64,000 bases of DNA from Pseudomonadota bacterium (GTDB lineage Bacteria > Pseudomonadota > Gammaproteobacteria > Xanthomonadales > Xanthomonadaceae), in contig CAUJJS010000130.1 in the NCBI GenBank assembly GCA_963205415.1, forward strand, positions 38,334-102,333, given 5' to 3'. Numbering within the stretch: position 1 is the first letter of the stretch; each line of letters opens with the position of its first letter. The notes beneath the pieces are model-generated. The model had not been told where the DNA came from. It saw nothing but the letters and a program-made list of their open reading frames with translations, and made no database searches. The position numbers were made by a program, and so were the translations under genes. Below are positions 43,090 to 57,587 of the stretch, one piece after another.

Positions 43090-44064
43090 ATGCAATACCG
43101 TCGATTGGGCCACTGTGGATTGCAGGTCTCAGCGCTGTCGTTGGGGACTTGGGTGACCTTTGCCGGCGTGCTCAGTCGCAACCAAGCGCGCGATCTGGTG
43201 GCTAGCGCCTACGATGCCGGGATCAACCTGTTCGATAGCGCCGAGAACTATGCCTTTGGTGCAGCCGAAGCGCTGCTCGGGGACGTGTTGGCGGATCTGC
43301 GCCTGCCGCGCGACGGCTATTGCGTGTCGAGCAAGGCCTTTTTTGGTCCGGTTTCAGCACCACGCCCGACCCAGCGTGGACTCTCGCGCAAGCACCTGCG
43401 TGATGCTTGCGATGCCGCATTGCGTCGCCTGCGGGTGGACTACCTCGACCTGTTCTTTTGCCATCGCCCGGATCCGGAAACGCCGATCGAGGAGACCGTG
43501 CTGGCGATGGACCAGCTCGTTCGGGCCGGCAAGGTGTTGTACTGGGGCACATCGGAATGGCCGGCCGATCAGATTCATGCGGCCACGCGTTTTGCGAGCC
43601 ATCACGGCTTGGCCGCGCCCAGCACCGAGCAGGCGGCCTACAACCTGTTGCAGCGCGAGCGGGTGGAATTGGAATACGCCGGTCTGTACGAAGAGCTGGG
43701 TTTGGGGCTCACCACGTGGTCACCCTTGGCTTCGGGCTTGCTCAGCGGCAAGTACACCCAAGGCCAGGTGCCGGAAGATTCGCGTCTGGCGCGAGCGGAT
43801 CATGGCTGGCAGGCCTCGATGATGTATCGCAACCAACGCCGTGAACGCGAACAGGCCGTGGCGCGGCTGTTGCAGGTGGCTAAGGACGGCGAATGCACAC
43901 CGGCGGTACTGGCCATTGCTTGGTGCTTGCGAAACCCCAAGCTCAGCAGCGTGATCTTGGGTTGCTCCTCGACGGCGCAATTGCAGGAAAACCTCGGCGC
44001 GCTGGCCCTGGCCGAGCGCATCGACCGATCGCTGCTGGCTCGACTCGATGCCATTGCCGCCTGA
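43090..44064 (+). CDS. Aldo-keto reductase (Kv-beta-like)
   Basis: LSLGTWVTF, FDSAENY, LSRKH, YWGTSEW, WSPLASG. Confidence 0.9.
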   Translation: MQYRRLGHCGLQVSALSLGTWVTFAGVLSRNQARDLVASAYDAGINLFDSAENYAFGAAEALLGDVLADLRLPRDGYCVSSKAFFGPVSAPRPTQRGLSRKHLRDACDAALRRLRVDYLDLFFCHRPDPETPIEETVLAMDQLVRAGKVLYWGTSEWPADQIHAATRFASHHGLAAPSTEQAAYNLLQRERVELEYAGLYEELGLGLTTWSPLASGLLSGKYTQGQVPEDSRLARADHGWQASMMYRNQRREREQAVARLLQVAKDGECTPAVLAIAWCLRNPKLSSVILGCSSTAQLQENLGALALAERIDRSLLARLDAIAA

Positions 44065-44097
44065 GTTTGCGGCGTGGCTGTGGATTGATACTTGGCT

Positions 44098-44126
44098 TTC
44101 GCCTGAACGCCAGCGGCGGATATAAT
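44098..44126 (+). promoter_or_regulatory. sigma70 promoter of the cytochrome c5 gene
   Basis: TTCGCC, 17-nt spacer, TATAAT (44121-26). Confidence 0.55.
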
Positions 44127-44170
44127 CAGACTCATTCTTTTCCGGCCTACTGCTGAACTCTGGGTGCCAT

Positions 44171-44683
44171 GTGAACAACGACGCGGTCTTTCTCAAGCAT
44201 TTTTCCATGGTCATTGGCTTCCTCGTCGGGGTGGCGCTGTGTCTGATCGTGCTCGGTCACTACCTCGGCAGCACCCTGCCGGAAGACACCGACCCCAACG
44301 CACAAGCGCGGGTTGAGGCGCGGATCAAACCCTTGGGCGAAGTCTATGCCGGTAGCTCCGGAGCCGCGGCCGCAGCCGCAGCGGCGGAAGCCGCGCGTGC
44401 GGCAGCCGGTCCCAAGGTCGCCTACGAGGGCACGCTCGATGGCAAGGTGATTTTCGACAAGCTCTGCTCGGCCTGCCATTCCACCGGCGCCGGCGGCTCG
44501 CCGACGCTCGACCACTCGCATTGGGATGCGCGTCTGGCGCAAGGCATCGACACCTTGGTCAAGCACGCCATTGATGGCTTCCAAGGCAATGCTGGCGTGA
44601 TGCCCGCCCGTGGCGGCAATCCGGACCTTTCCGACGATCAGGTGCGCGTCACCGTGACGTGGATGATGGACAATTTGAAGTAA
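44171..44683 (+). CDS. Cytochrome c5
   Basis: TM, RIKPLG, single CSACH heme motif, MPARGG. Confidence 0.92.
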   Translation: MNNDAVFLKHFSMVIGFLVGVALCLIVLGHYLGSTLPEDTDPNAQARVEARIKPLGEVYAGSSGAAAAAAAAEAARAAAGPKVAYEGTLDGKVIFDKLCSACHSTGAGGSPTLDHSHWDARLAQGIDTLVKHAIDGFQGNAGVMPARGGNPDLSDDQVRVTVTWMMDNLK

Positions 44684-44756
44684 GCCCGAGGCCGATTTCG
44701 GCCTCAGGCTGGGTTCTGCAACACCGCCGCCGGTGGTGCTCATGGGGGATTAGGCG

Positions 44757-46553
44757 ATGCGCGGGGACTCGACAGCACGCTGGATCGGTGGCTTGTTCGT
44801 GGCCGTGGCGATGGCCGGTTGCGGTGCTCCGGCGGATTCTGACGAAGTCGCAGCTGCACCGGTTTCCTGGCCCATCGGCAAAGTGCAAGGTACGGGCACC
44901 AGCAGTCCCTACCTGAACCAGTCGGTGCATGTGCAAGGCGTGGTGACGGGTAATTTCGTCAGCGGTTTGGGTGGCTTCTTCATGCAGGATGCGACCGGCG
45001 AAGATGACGCTGATCCGGCCACGTCCGATGGCATCTTCGTGGCTTGGGATGCCAAGCAAAAGCCCAAGGTCCGCCGTGGCGATCGCGTTCGCGTGGAAGG
45101 TGTGGTCGCGGAAATGGGTCGCGAGCAGGATACCCAGACCACGCTTCAGGCCAGTTCGGTCGAGGTTCTGGGACGTGGTGCGGCGCCGGTGACCGAGTTC
45201 AGCAAACCGCTGCCGGCTTCGGCGAGTTGGGAACAGTACGAAGGCATGTGGCTGCGGCTGCCCAAGCCCATGACGGTCATCGGCAATGACGGCTTGCTGC
45301 GTTACGGCGAGTTGGTCCTTGGGTTCAATGGCCGGCAGTTCTCAGCAACGGAGGTTCGGCGGCCCGGCGCGGCAGCCGATGCGCTCGAAGCCGAGAACCT
45401 GCGTGCACGACTGATCATCGACGACAACCGTCGCCGTGAAAACCCCGACACGTTCTGGTATTTGCCCGAACCCTTGTCTCGCGACGCGCCTCTGCGCGTG
45501 GGTAGCCTCGTGCATGGGGCCGAAGGCATCCTGCAGAACTTCATGGGTTGGCGCCTGCAGTTGACCGAGAAGATCGCGCGCATCGATCAGGCACCGCGTC
45601 CGGCCGCACCGGAGCTTCCGGCGGGATTGCGCGTGGCCAGCTTCAACCTCCTCAACTGGTTCAATGGCGATGGCCAAGGTCGCGGCTTTCCGACTCCGCG
45701 AGGCGCTGCAACGCAAGACGAAATGAACCGTCAGCGCGACAAGCTGGTGGCCGCGATCACCGGCTTGAAGCCCGACATTGCCGCCTTGATGGAAGTGGAG
45801 AACGATGGTTTTGGCCGAAACAGCAGCCTGAGTCAGTTGGTCACCGCCTTGAACACGGCTTGGCCCGAAGCTGACTATCGCCTGGTGGATACCCAAATGG
45901 GGCCGGGCAAGGACGTGATGCGGGTGACGATGATTTACCGAGCAGCCATGGTTGCGCCCGTGGACAAGCCTGCGACCTTGGAAGAAGGCGTCTTTTCCGA
46001 TCTCAATCGGGTCCCCCTGAGACAGGCCTTTCGCCTCAAAAAGGGCGGCGCCGTGTTGCAGGTGGTGGCCAATCATTTCAAGTCCAAGCGCTGCACCGAT
46101 GCCACGGGCGAGAATGCCGATCAGGGTGATGGCCAGTCGTGCTGGGCTCCCGTTCGCGCCGAGGCGGCGCGCGTATTGTCCGATTGGCTCAAGAACAGCC
46201 CCCACGCCAAAGCGGGCACGGTCATTCTGGGTGACCTCAACAGCTATGCCGAAGAAGACCCGGTGCAGACCTTTCGTGCCGAAGGCTGGCTCGATGCCTT
46301 GGCCGAAGTGGGCACCGAGGGCGCCTACAGCTTCAACTACCGTGGCTACAGCGGGCGCCTCGATCATGCCTTCCTGTCGAAGTCGCTCAAGCCGCGTTTG
46401 CGAGCGGCTCTGGAATGGCACATCAATGCCGATGAGTCGGAAGCCTTCGACTTCCAGCGCGCACATCGCAAGAAAGAGTGGTACGCACCCGATCCCTACC
46501 GCTCCTCCGACCACGATCCACTGATCTTGGTACTGGATTTCGCGCAGCCCTGA
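44757..46553 (+). CDS. ExeM/NucH-type extracellular endonuclease, probable lipoprotein
   Basis: Lipobox-like MAGC; OB region (SDGIFV); EEP motifs ASFNLLN, NHFKSK, GDLNSY, LDH, SSDHDP. Confidence 0.88.
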   Translation: MRGDSTARWIGGLFVAVAMAGCGAPADSDEVAAAPVSWPIGKVQGTGTSSPYLNQSVHVQGVVTGNFVSGLGGFFMQDATGEDDADPATSDGIFVAWDAKQKPKVRRGDRVRVEGVVAEMGREQDTQTTLQASSVEVLGRGAAPVTEFSKPLPASASWEQYEGMWLRLPKPMTVIGNDGLLRYGELVLGFNGRQFSATEVRRPGAAADALEAENLRARLIIDDNRRRENPDTFWYLPEPLSRDAPLRVGSLVHGAEGILQNFMGWRLQLTEKIARIDQAPRPAAPELPAGLRVASFNLLNWFNGDGQGRGFPTPRGAATQDEMNRQRDKLVAAITGLKPDIAALMEVENDGFGRNSSLSQLVTALNTAWPEADYRLVDTQMGPGKDVMRVTMIYRAAMVAPVDKPATLEEGVFSDLNRVPLRQAFRLKKGGAVLQVVANHFKSKRCTDATGENADQGDGQSCWAPVRAEAARVLSDWLKNSPHAKAGTVILGDLNSYAEEDPVQTFRAEGWLDALAEVGTEGAYSFNYRGYSGRLDHAFLSKSLKPRLRAALEWHINADESEAFDFQRAHRKKEWYAPDPYRSSDHDPLILVLDFAQP

Positions 46554-46617
46554 GCCACTGCGCCCGCCACTGCGCGCCGACTGCTAGAGTGCGCGCCCCG
46601 TCGTTTGCCCATCTGCC

Positions 46618-47517
46618 ATGCACTATCCCGACTACCCCTTCACTCCAAAACGTTTCGAGGTGCGCCCCGGCATCCAGATGAGCTATCTGGACGAAGGCCC
46701 ACGCACGGGTGAAGTCGTGCTGATGCTGCACGGCAATCCCTCCTGGAGTTTTTACTGGCGAAAGTTGGTGAGTGGGCTTTCTGATCGCTATCGCTGCATC
46801 GTGCCCGATCACGTTGGCATGGGGCTGTCGGACAAACCGGACGATGCCGCTTACCGCTACACCCTTGAGTCGCGGGTCGAAGACCTGGGTACGCTCCTTG
46901 AACACCTGAGCATCAGCGGCAAGGTGACTCTGGCGGTACACGACTGGGGCGGCATGATCGGCTTTGGTTGGGCGCTGGGTCATTCATCGCGCATCGCGCG
47001 TCTGGTCGTGCTCAACACCTCGGCCTTTCCCTTGCCGGCCGACAAGCCCATGCCTTGGCAGTTGAAGCTCGGGCGCAATTTGCGCCTGGGCGCCTGGGCC
47101 ATCCGTGGCTTCAATGCGTTTTCCGGCATCGCTTCCTACGTCGGTGTGGCCCAGCGCATGCCCTCGGCCGTACGCGCCGCCTATGTCGCACCCTACGATT
47201 CCTGGGCCCATCGCATCGCCACCCTGCGCTTCGTACAGGACATTCCGCTCGGCCCCGATGACCCGGCCTGGGCGCTGGTCGAAGAATCCGGACGCCGCTT
47301 GGCCGAGTACGCCGATCGACCGGCGCTGCTGGTCTGGGGTCTGCGCGACTTTGTGTTCGATGCCCATTTCCTGCGTGGTTTCGAGCAGCGCCTGCCGCAG
47401 GCGCAGAGCCTCATATTCGACGATGCCGGTCACTATGTATTGGAAGACAAAGCCGCCGTCATCGTGCCGCGGGTGCGCGCTTTTCTCGATGCCCATCCCG
47501 TGTCGGCGTCGGGCTGA
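46618..47517 (+). CDS. oleB: OleB-like alpha/beta hydrolase (beta-lactone decarboxylase, haloalkane dehalogenase fold)
   Basis: LHGNPSWS, HDWGG, WGLRD, HYVLED; closely follows recalled Xanthomonas OleB along its length. Confidence 0.75.
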   Translation: MHYPDYPFTPKRFEVRPGIQMSYLDEGPRTGEVVLMLHGNPSWSFYWRKLVSGLSDRYRCIVPDHVGMGLSDKPDDAAYRYTLESRVEDLGTLLEHLSISGKVTLAVHDWGGMIGFGWALGHSSRIARLVVLNTSAFPLPADKPMPWQLKLGRNLRLGAWAIRGFNAFSGIASYVGVAQRMPSAVRAAYVAPYDSWAHRIATLRFVQDIPLGPDDPAWALVEESGRRLAEYADRPALLVWGLRDFVFDAHFLRGFEQRLPQAQSLIFDDAGHYVLEDKAAVIVPRVRAFLDAHPVSASG

Positions 47518-47564
47518 TTCTTGGCGGCGGACTACAATCCAGACTCACGCCCACCGCCCAAACC

Positions 47565-47990
47565 ATGTTGACGGTCAGCCCCCATATCGCGATCCACGAA
47601 GACGAGCTCACCGAGCGCTTCGTGCGTGCCTCCGGCCCTGGCGGTCAGAACGTCAACAAGGTATCCACCGCTGTCGAATTGCGTTTTGATGCGGCCAACT
47701 CGCCCTCGCTTCCCGAGGCCGTACGCGCGCGCCTGTTGGCTCGGCGTGACCATCGCATTGGTGCCGATGGCGTGATCGTGATTTCCGCGCAACGTTTCCG
47801 CAGCCAGGATCGCAATCGTCAGGATGCGCGTGAGCGCTTGGTGGCCTTGATCACCACCGTGCTGACGCCGCCCAAGCCGCGCCTTGCCACGCGCCCGACC
47901 CGCGCCTCGAAGGAACGACGGATCGAAGCCAAGAAAGGCCGCGGTGAACTCAAGCGTGGCCGCAGCACGCGTTGGAACGGGCAGGCATGA
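47565..47990 (+). CDS. arfB: Alternative ribosome rescue factor ArfB
   Basis: SGPGGQNVNKVSTAV, RSQDRNR, basic C-terminal tail. Confidence 0.95.
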   Translation: MLTVSPHIAIHEDELTERFVRASGPGGQNVNKVSTAVELRFDAANSPSLPEAVRARLLARRDHRIGADGVIVISAQRFRSQDRNRQDARERLVALITTVLTPPKPRLATRPTRASKERRIEAKKGRGELKRGRSTRWNGQA

Positions 47991-48577
47991 GCGCGCGCGT
48001 ACCCGCGCTTCCGCCATCGGCGCCACGCATGGGCAACGTCTTCAGTCGCGCCTTCGGTCATGGCATCTTGTGGCTGGGCGGTTGGCGCGTCGACGGTGCG
48101 TTTGCCGATCAGCCGCGCATGGTCATCATCGTGGCGCCGCATTCCTCCGCTTGGGACGCCATCTGGGGCGTGGCGGCGATGCTGGCCATGGGCGTGCGCA
48201 TCCGCTTTCTCGCCAAGGCCGAGGCGTTTCGCGGGCCACTTGGCTGGTTCTTGCGCCTCATTGGCGGCATCCCGGTCGATCGCAGTCGGGCGCATGGTGC
48301 GGTGGAACAGGCTGTGGCCCTGCTGAAACAAAACGAGCGCTGCTGGTTTCTACTCGCACCCGAAGGCACTCGGCGTCGGGTTGAACACTGGAAGACGGGT
48401 TTCTGGCACATCGCGCGCCATGCCGGTGTGCCGATCCAGTGCGCCCACTTTCATTATCCCGACCGACACATGGGATTGGGCTGGTTGATGAATCCCGCAG
48501 ATGACCTCGATGCCGACATGGCGCGCGTACGCGAAGCCTATCGCCCCTTCATCGGCAAACGTCGCGGCACCGTGTGA
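47987..48577 (+). CDS. Lysophospholipid acyltransferase family protein
   Basis: APHSSAWD, APEGTR, WKTGF; ATGA overlap with arfB. Confidence 0.88.
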   Translation: MSARVPALPPSAPRMGNVFSRAFGHGILWLGGWRVDGAFADQPRMVIIVAPHSSAWDAIWGVAAMLAMGVRIRFLAKAEAFRGPLGWFLRLIGGIPVDRSRAHGAVEQAVALLKQNERCWFLLAPEGTRRRVEHWKTGFWHIARHAGVPIQCAHFHYPDRHMGLGWLMNPADDLDADMARVREAYRPFIGKRRGTV

Positions 48578-48583
48578 GGTGCC

Positions 48584-52735
<4,152 letters not shown>

Positions 52736-52810
52736 AGCGCGGCGCGCTTGGCTGATTAACCTCGAATGGATCACAATTACGAGTTGGCACGCGCGCATGG
52801 GGTATGAGCG

Positions 52811-55800
52811 GTGGATGCAGACGAAATTCGCGGGGTTTTGTCCCAAATCGACTGGAATCTCCAGTTCGATCAGGCCACCTTGAAGCGCGCCAACGCCTAT
52901 TTGCGCAACGATCATCTCGAAAGTCTGAGCCTGGAGCAGTCTCGACGCGGGCGCTCACGGCTGCGCGCCCTGGTACGGGGCTCCAGCGGCGAGATCTATG
53001 AGCCTTGGATCGAGTTCATCCAGGAAACCAAGGGCGGCCTGAACGTCACCAGTTCCTGCGACTGTCCGGTGCAAGGGCCCTGCAAACATCAGGCCCTGGT
53101 GTTGTTGTATGCCCAAAGCGTCCCCTCACACGAGTGGCCGCAGCCTTCCGCACAGGAGCCCGTGCCACCACCGCCACCCGAACAGGACACCTCCCAGGCC
53201 TTGCCCGAGTGGCTGCGAGATGCGATGGACGCGAAACCTGCCCCGACCAGAACCAGCCTGATGCCACTCTGGGAACACTGGATTTCCAATCTGTCTGATC
53301 CTTCAACCACGTCGGCCTTTCATGAAACACCTGACGTTGATCGACGTTTCGGCCTGATCCTGCGCGACTTGAACGGCTATCTTGGCGTGCTGCCGGCTTG
53401 GTTGCGTCCAGGGCGCGGTCGTACCGGCGGCTGGGTGGATCCGCAAGCGCTGACATTGTCCGAGTTTGGGCCACAGCCCGCCCCCACCGACGGCTGGCCG
53501 GATCAGGAGGCGGTGGCGCTGGATCTGATACTTGCCGCGAGCGAAAGTTCGCGTCGGAATGAGCCCACCCACATACACAGCGCCACCTTGGAAACGGCCC
53601 TGGGCCAATTGCTGCCGCGCTACCCGGTGTTCTGGCAACGAGGCAGCGTGGAGCTGCAAGCCGGTCCCGAGCTGGCCGCTCGTGCGTGCTGGCATGCCGA
53701 ACCCGATGGCAGTCAGAAACTGCGCCTGCAGGTCGCGGAAGACGAGCCCACCACGCTGTTGCGCGGTCACGGCCTCTGGTACGTGCAGCCGGGTTCGCGG
53801 CGTTATGGTCGAGTCATTGGCGACCCCAAGCTCATGGCCCTGGTTCAGAACGCGCCCACCCTTCTTCCGGAGGATGTGGCCAAGGTCAGCGAGCGCCTGC
53901 GTCGCCTCGCTCATGCCGGATTGGAACTGCCGCACGCTCGCCGTCTGCGACAGGTTCAGGCCACGCCCGTGCCGACCCTGACGATGCGTGTGGCGACCCT
54001 GGATCTTCAGGGTCGCGGCTTGGCACGTGGGCCGAGGCGCGTCGGGGTGGCGCGTCTGGCGTTCGACTACGAGGGCCAGCGACTTGAGTCCTCGCATGTG
54101 CTGCGCCAGCGTGTGGCACACGGCGATGAGGTGCTCGACATCGAACGCAATCGCCCGCGTGAATCGCGCGCCGAATCCCGATTGACGGCCGCCGATCTGA
54201 GCAGCGCCACCGTGTGGAGCTACTACGTTCCCATGAAGCTGCGACCGTTCGGCAATAGCGACTTCGTGCTGCGCCCCAAGGGCAGCCAGTTGGCCGCGTC
54301 ACCGGAAGCTTGGGCGGCCACCTTGCGCGAACTGTCCGAAGCCGGTTTCAAGATCGAATACGCGCCTGACTTTCCGCGCGACGATATCGTCGAGATCGAG
54401 GAATGGCACACCGACCTGGAAGAAGTCGGCAATGCCTGGTTCGATGTATCTCTGGGCATCGATGTGGAAGGCCAGCGCATCGACCTGATGCCGATCCTGC
54501 GGCGATTGCTGGCTGATCCCGAGTTTCCGTTGCGCAAGCCCGAGGGCGAAGCCGACGATGCCGCCTGGCGCGTGCGTCTGGATGAAAACCGCAGCGTGCG
54601 TCTGCCCATGGCGCGTTTGCGCGCCATGCTTGAACCCTTGCTGGAATGGGTGTTGTCCAGCGAGGACGGCTTGCGTCTGCATCGCACCCAGGCGCAAACC
54701 TTGCAAAGGGTGAGCGATGACACCGGCTTGATCTGGCGCGGTGGCGAGGCCTTGCGCAAACGCATCGAACAATTGCGCGATGGCCCCGGCGAAGCTGAAA
54801 CACCGATTGGTTTTCGCGCCGAACTGCGCCCCTATCAACGCGACGGTTTGGCGTGGTTGAACTTTCTCTCCGACGCCGGCCTCGGCGGTGTGCTGGCCGA
54901 TGACATGGGCTTGGGCAAAACCGTGCAAGTGCTGGCGCATTTGTTGGCCGAAAAGCAGCGCGGGAAACTCGATCTACCGGCGCTGGTGGTGGCTCCGACC
55001 AGTCTGGTGGGCAATTGGCGCGACGAAGCGGCGCGTTTTGCCCCGGATCTGCGCGTGCTGGTACTGCATGGCGCCGATCGCGCCGCACGCTACGAATCCA
55101 TTCCCGAATCGGACCTGGTCATCACCACCTACCCCTTGTTGCCGCGCGACCGTGACAGTCTGGTAGCGCAACAATTCTCCCTGCTGGTGCTGGATGAGGC
55201 GCAGGCGGTCAAGAATGCCCGCAGCCAGGCCGCACAAGTGGTGCGCGAGATCCCCGCGCTACGACGACTGGCCATGACCGGCACGCCTTTGGAAAACCAT
55301 TTGGGTGAATTGTGGGCGCAGTTCGATGCCATCGAGCCGGGGCTATTGGGCAGTGAAACCACATTCACCCGCACCTATCGCACCCCAATCGAAAAGCACG
55401 CCGATCACGAGCGTCAGAAACGTCTGAGCCAACGCATCGGCGCCCTGCTGCTGCGCCGACGCAAAGAAGACGTGCTCGATGATCTGCCGCCCAAGACCGA
55501 GATCGTGCGATCGCTGGAGCTGGTCGATGGCCAACGCCAGCTCTACGAAACCCTGCGCCTGACCCAACACGAGCGGGTGCGCGAATCCATCGCCGAACGT
55601 GGTCTTTCGCAATCGGGCATCGTGGTGCTCGATGCCTTGTTGAAACTTCGACAAGCCTGTTGCGATCCGCGCCTGGTCAAGCTCGATGCGGCACGCAAGG
55701 TCAAGGAATCGGCCAAGCTCGATGCCCTGCTCGAACTGCTCGACAACCTGCGCGCCGAGAACCGTCGCGTGCTGGTGTTTTCGCAGTTCACCACCATGCT

Positions 55801-56224
55801 GGGGTTGATTGCCGAGGCGCTCACCCAGCGACGCATCAAACACCTGATGCTGACCGGCGACACCCCTTCGACCCAACGCGCCGATCTGGTACGCACCTTT
55901 CAGGAAGGCACCGTGCCGGTGTTTCTGATCAGCCTCAAGGCCGGCGGCGTGGGCCTCAACCTCACCGCTGCCGACACCGTCATCCACTACGACCCATGGT
56001 GGAATCCGGCGGTCGAGGCACAGGCCACCGACCGCGCCCATCGCATTGGTCAAGACAAGCCGATCTTCGTCTACAAGCTGATCTGCGCCGGCACGGTGGA
56101 GGAAAAAATCCAGTCCATGCAAGAACGCAAAGCCGAATTGGCGCGTGCCGTGTTGGAAGGCGGCTCCAGCACGGCACTGCGCTTTGACGAAGCCGATCTG
56201 GCGGAGCTGTTCGGTCCGATCTGA
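52811..56224 (+). CDS. SWIM zinc finger + SNF2-family helicase
   Basis: CDCPVQGPCKH; LRPYQ, LADDMGLGKT, LDEAQ, TGTPLEN, SLKAGGVGLNLT, QATDRAHRIGQ. Confidence 0.93.
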   Translation: MDADEIRGVLSQIDWNLQFDQATLKRANAYLRNDHLESLSLEQSRRGRSRLRALVRGSSGEIYEPWIEFIQETKGGLNVTSSCDCPVQGPCKHQALVLLYAQSVPSHEWPQPSAQEPVPPPPPEQDTSQALPEWLRDAMDAKPAPTRTSLMPLWEHWISNLSDPSTTSAFHETPDVDRRFGLILRDLNGYLGVLPAWLRPGRGRTGGWVDPQALTLSEFGPQPAPTDGWPDQEAVALDLILAASESSRRNEPTHIHSATLETALGQLLPRYPVFWQRGSVELQAGPELAARACWHAEPDGSQKLRLQVAEDEPTTLLRGHGLWYVQPGSRRYGRVIGDPKLMALVQNAPTLLPEDVAKVSERLRRLAHAGLELPHARRLRQVQATPVPTLTMRVATLDLQGRGLARGPRRVGVARLAFDYEGQRLESSHVLRQRVAHGDEVLDIERNRPRESRAESRLTAADLSSATVWSYYVPMKLRPFGNSDFVLRPKGSQLAASPEAWAATLRELSEAGFKIEYAPDFPRDDIVEIEEWHTDLEEVGNAWFDVSLGIDVEGQRIDLMPILRRLLADPEFPLRKPEGEADDAAWRVRLDENRSVRLPMARLRAMLEPLLEWVLSSEDGLRLHRTQAQTLQRVSDDTGLIWRGGEALRKRIEQLRDGPGEAETPIGFRAELRPYQRDGLAWLNFLSDAGLGGVLADDMGLGKTVQVLAHLLAEKQRGKLDLPALVVAPTSLVGNWRDEAARFAPDLRVLVLHGADRAARYESIPESDLVITTYPLLPRDRDSLVAQQFSLLVLDEAQAVKNARSQAAQVVREIPALRRLAMTGTPLENHLGELWAQFDAIEPGLLGSETTFTRTYRTPIEKHADHERQKRLSQRIGALLLRRRKEDVLDDLPPKTEIVRSLELVDGQRQLYETLRLTQHERVRESIAERGLSQSGIVVLDALLKLRQACCDPRLVKLDAARKVKESAKLDALLELLDNLRAENRRVLVFSQFTTMLGLIAEALTQRRIKHLMLTGDTPSTQRADLVRTFQEGTVPVFLISLKAGGVGLNLTAADTVIHYDPWWNPAVEAQATDRAHRIGQDKPIFVYKLICAGTVEEKIQSMQERKAELARAVLEGGSSTALRFDEADLAELFGPI

Positions 56225-56230
56225 TCGCGC

Positions 56231-57490
56231 TTATTTTCCGACGCGGTATTCGGCCAGCTTGCGCGCCACGGGTGCGTTCTTGAGGCTGACGTATTTGGGC
56301 AGGCCGTCCTTGCCGTAGGGCGGGGCGGATTCGCCACGGATCAAGGGTTCCAGATAGCGGCGTGCGGCGTCGGTGATGCCATAACTATCCTTGCGAATGT
56401 AATTTTTTGGCAAGGTTTTCTCGCGGTTGGCGATCTTGGCCAGTGGCGCGGATTGGATCTTCCAGCGGTAGGGCGCATCGCTCGTGCGCACGATCACCGG
56501 CATCACCGCGTTCTGGCCGGCCAAGGCGTATTTCACCGCGGCTTCACCCGCAGCCCAGGCATGGTCGTGATCGGTCTTGGAGGCCAGATGCCGCGCCGAG
56601 CGTTGCAGATAATCGGGTACCGCCCAGTGCGTTTTGTAGCCCAGCTTGGCACTGACCCTGGCCGCGATTTCCGGCCCGGCACCGCCCAGTTGCACATGGC
56701 CGAAAGCATCGGTGCGGCCAGCATCGGCCAAGAACTTGCCGTCGCCATCGCGCACGCCTTCCGACACCGCCACCACGCAATAACCTACCCGCTTGACCGT
56801 GGCATCCACCGCCGCCATGAAGCGCGCCTCGTCGAACACCACCTCGGGAAACAGGATCAGGTGCGGGGCCTCGTCTGCGCCATGACCTGCGAGCCCGGCG
56901 GCCGCTGCCAACCAGCCCGCGTGCCGGCCCATCACTTCCAGCACGAAGACCTTGGTCGAGGTTTCCGCCATCGAGGCCACATCGATGGCCGCTTCACGCA
57001 AGGACACCGCGGTGTACTTGGCGGCCGAACCAAAGCCCGGGCAGCAATCGGTCACCACCAGATCGTTATCGACGGTTTTCGGCACGCCGATGCAATGCAA
57101 GGGGTAATCGAACTCGCGCGCGATCTGCGACACCTTGTTGGCGGTATCCGCCGAATCGTTGCCACCGTTGTAGAGAAAGCGGCGGATGTCGTGGGCGCGC
57201 AGCACTTCGATCAAGCGCTGGTAATGCGCGCGATCGGCCTCCAGCGATTTCAGTTTGAAACGACAGGAACCAAACGCGCCGCCCGGAGTGTAGGCCAAGG
57301 CTGCGATCGCCGCTGCCGACTCCTTGCGGGTGTCGATCAAGTCCTCGCGCAGCGCGCCCAGAATCCCGTTGCGTGCCGCATACACCGGCACACCGGCCGC
57401 GCGAGCGGTGGTGATGACGGCGGCGGCGGTGGTGTTGATGACGGCGGTGACGCCGCCGGATTGCGCGTAGAGCAATTTGCCTTGGGACAT
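56231..57490 (-). CDS. pfp: Phosphofructokinase, PPi-dependent type
   Basis: AQSGG, GGNDS (Asp) and PKTVDND (Lys) are PPi-specificity signatures; EVMGR. Confidence 0.88.
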   Translation of the reverse strand: MSQGKLLYAQSGGVTAVINTTAAAVITTARAAGVPVYAARNGILGALREDLIDTRKESAAAIAALAYTPGGAFGSCRFKLKSLEADRAHYQRLIEVLRAHDIRRFLYNGGNDSADTANKVSQIAREFDYPLHCIGVPKTVDNDLVVTDCCPGFGSAAKYTAVSLREAAIDVASMAETSTKVFVLEVMGRHAGWLAAAAGLAGHGADEAPHLILFPEVVFDEARFMAAVDATVKRVGYCVVAVSEGVRDGDGKFLADAGRTDAFGHVQLGGAGPEIAARVSAKLGYKTHWAVPDYLQRSARHLASKTDHDHAWAAGEAAVKYALAGQNAVMPVIVRTSDAPYRWKIQSAPLAKIANREKTLPKNYIRKDSYGITDAARRYLEPLIRGESAPPYGKDGLPKYVSLKNAPVARKLAEYRVGK

Positions 57491-57587
57491 GGTGGGAACT
57501 CGCGTGGAAACCGATGACTGCAAGCCTGCAAGTATGGAGCAGACGGGCCTTGGATGAGCACGCCGCCAAGGAATGTCTGAACAAGCC

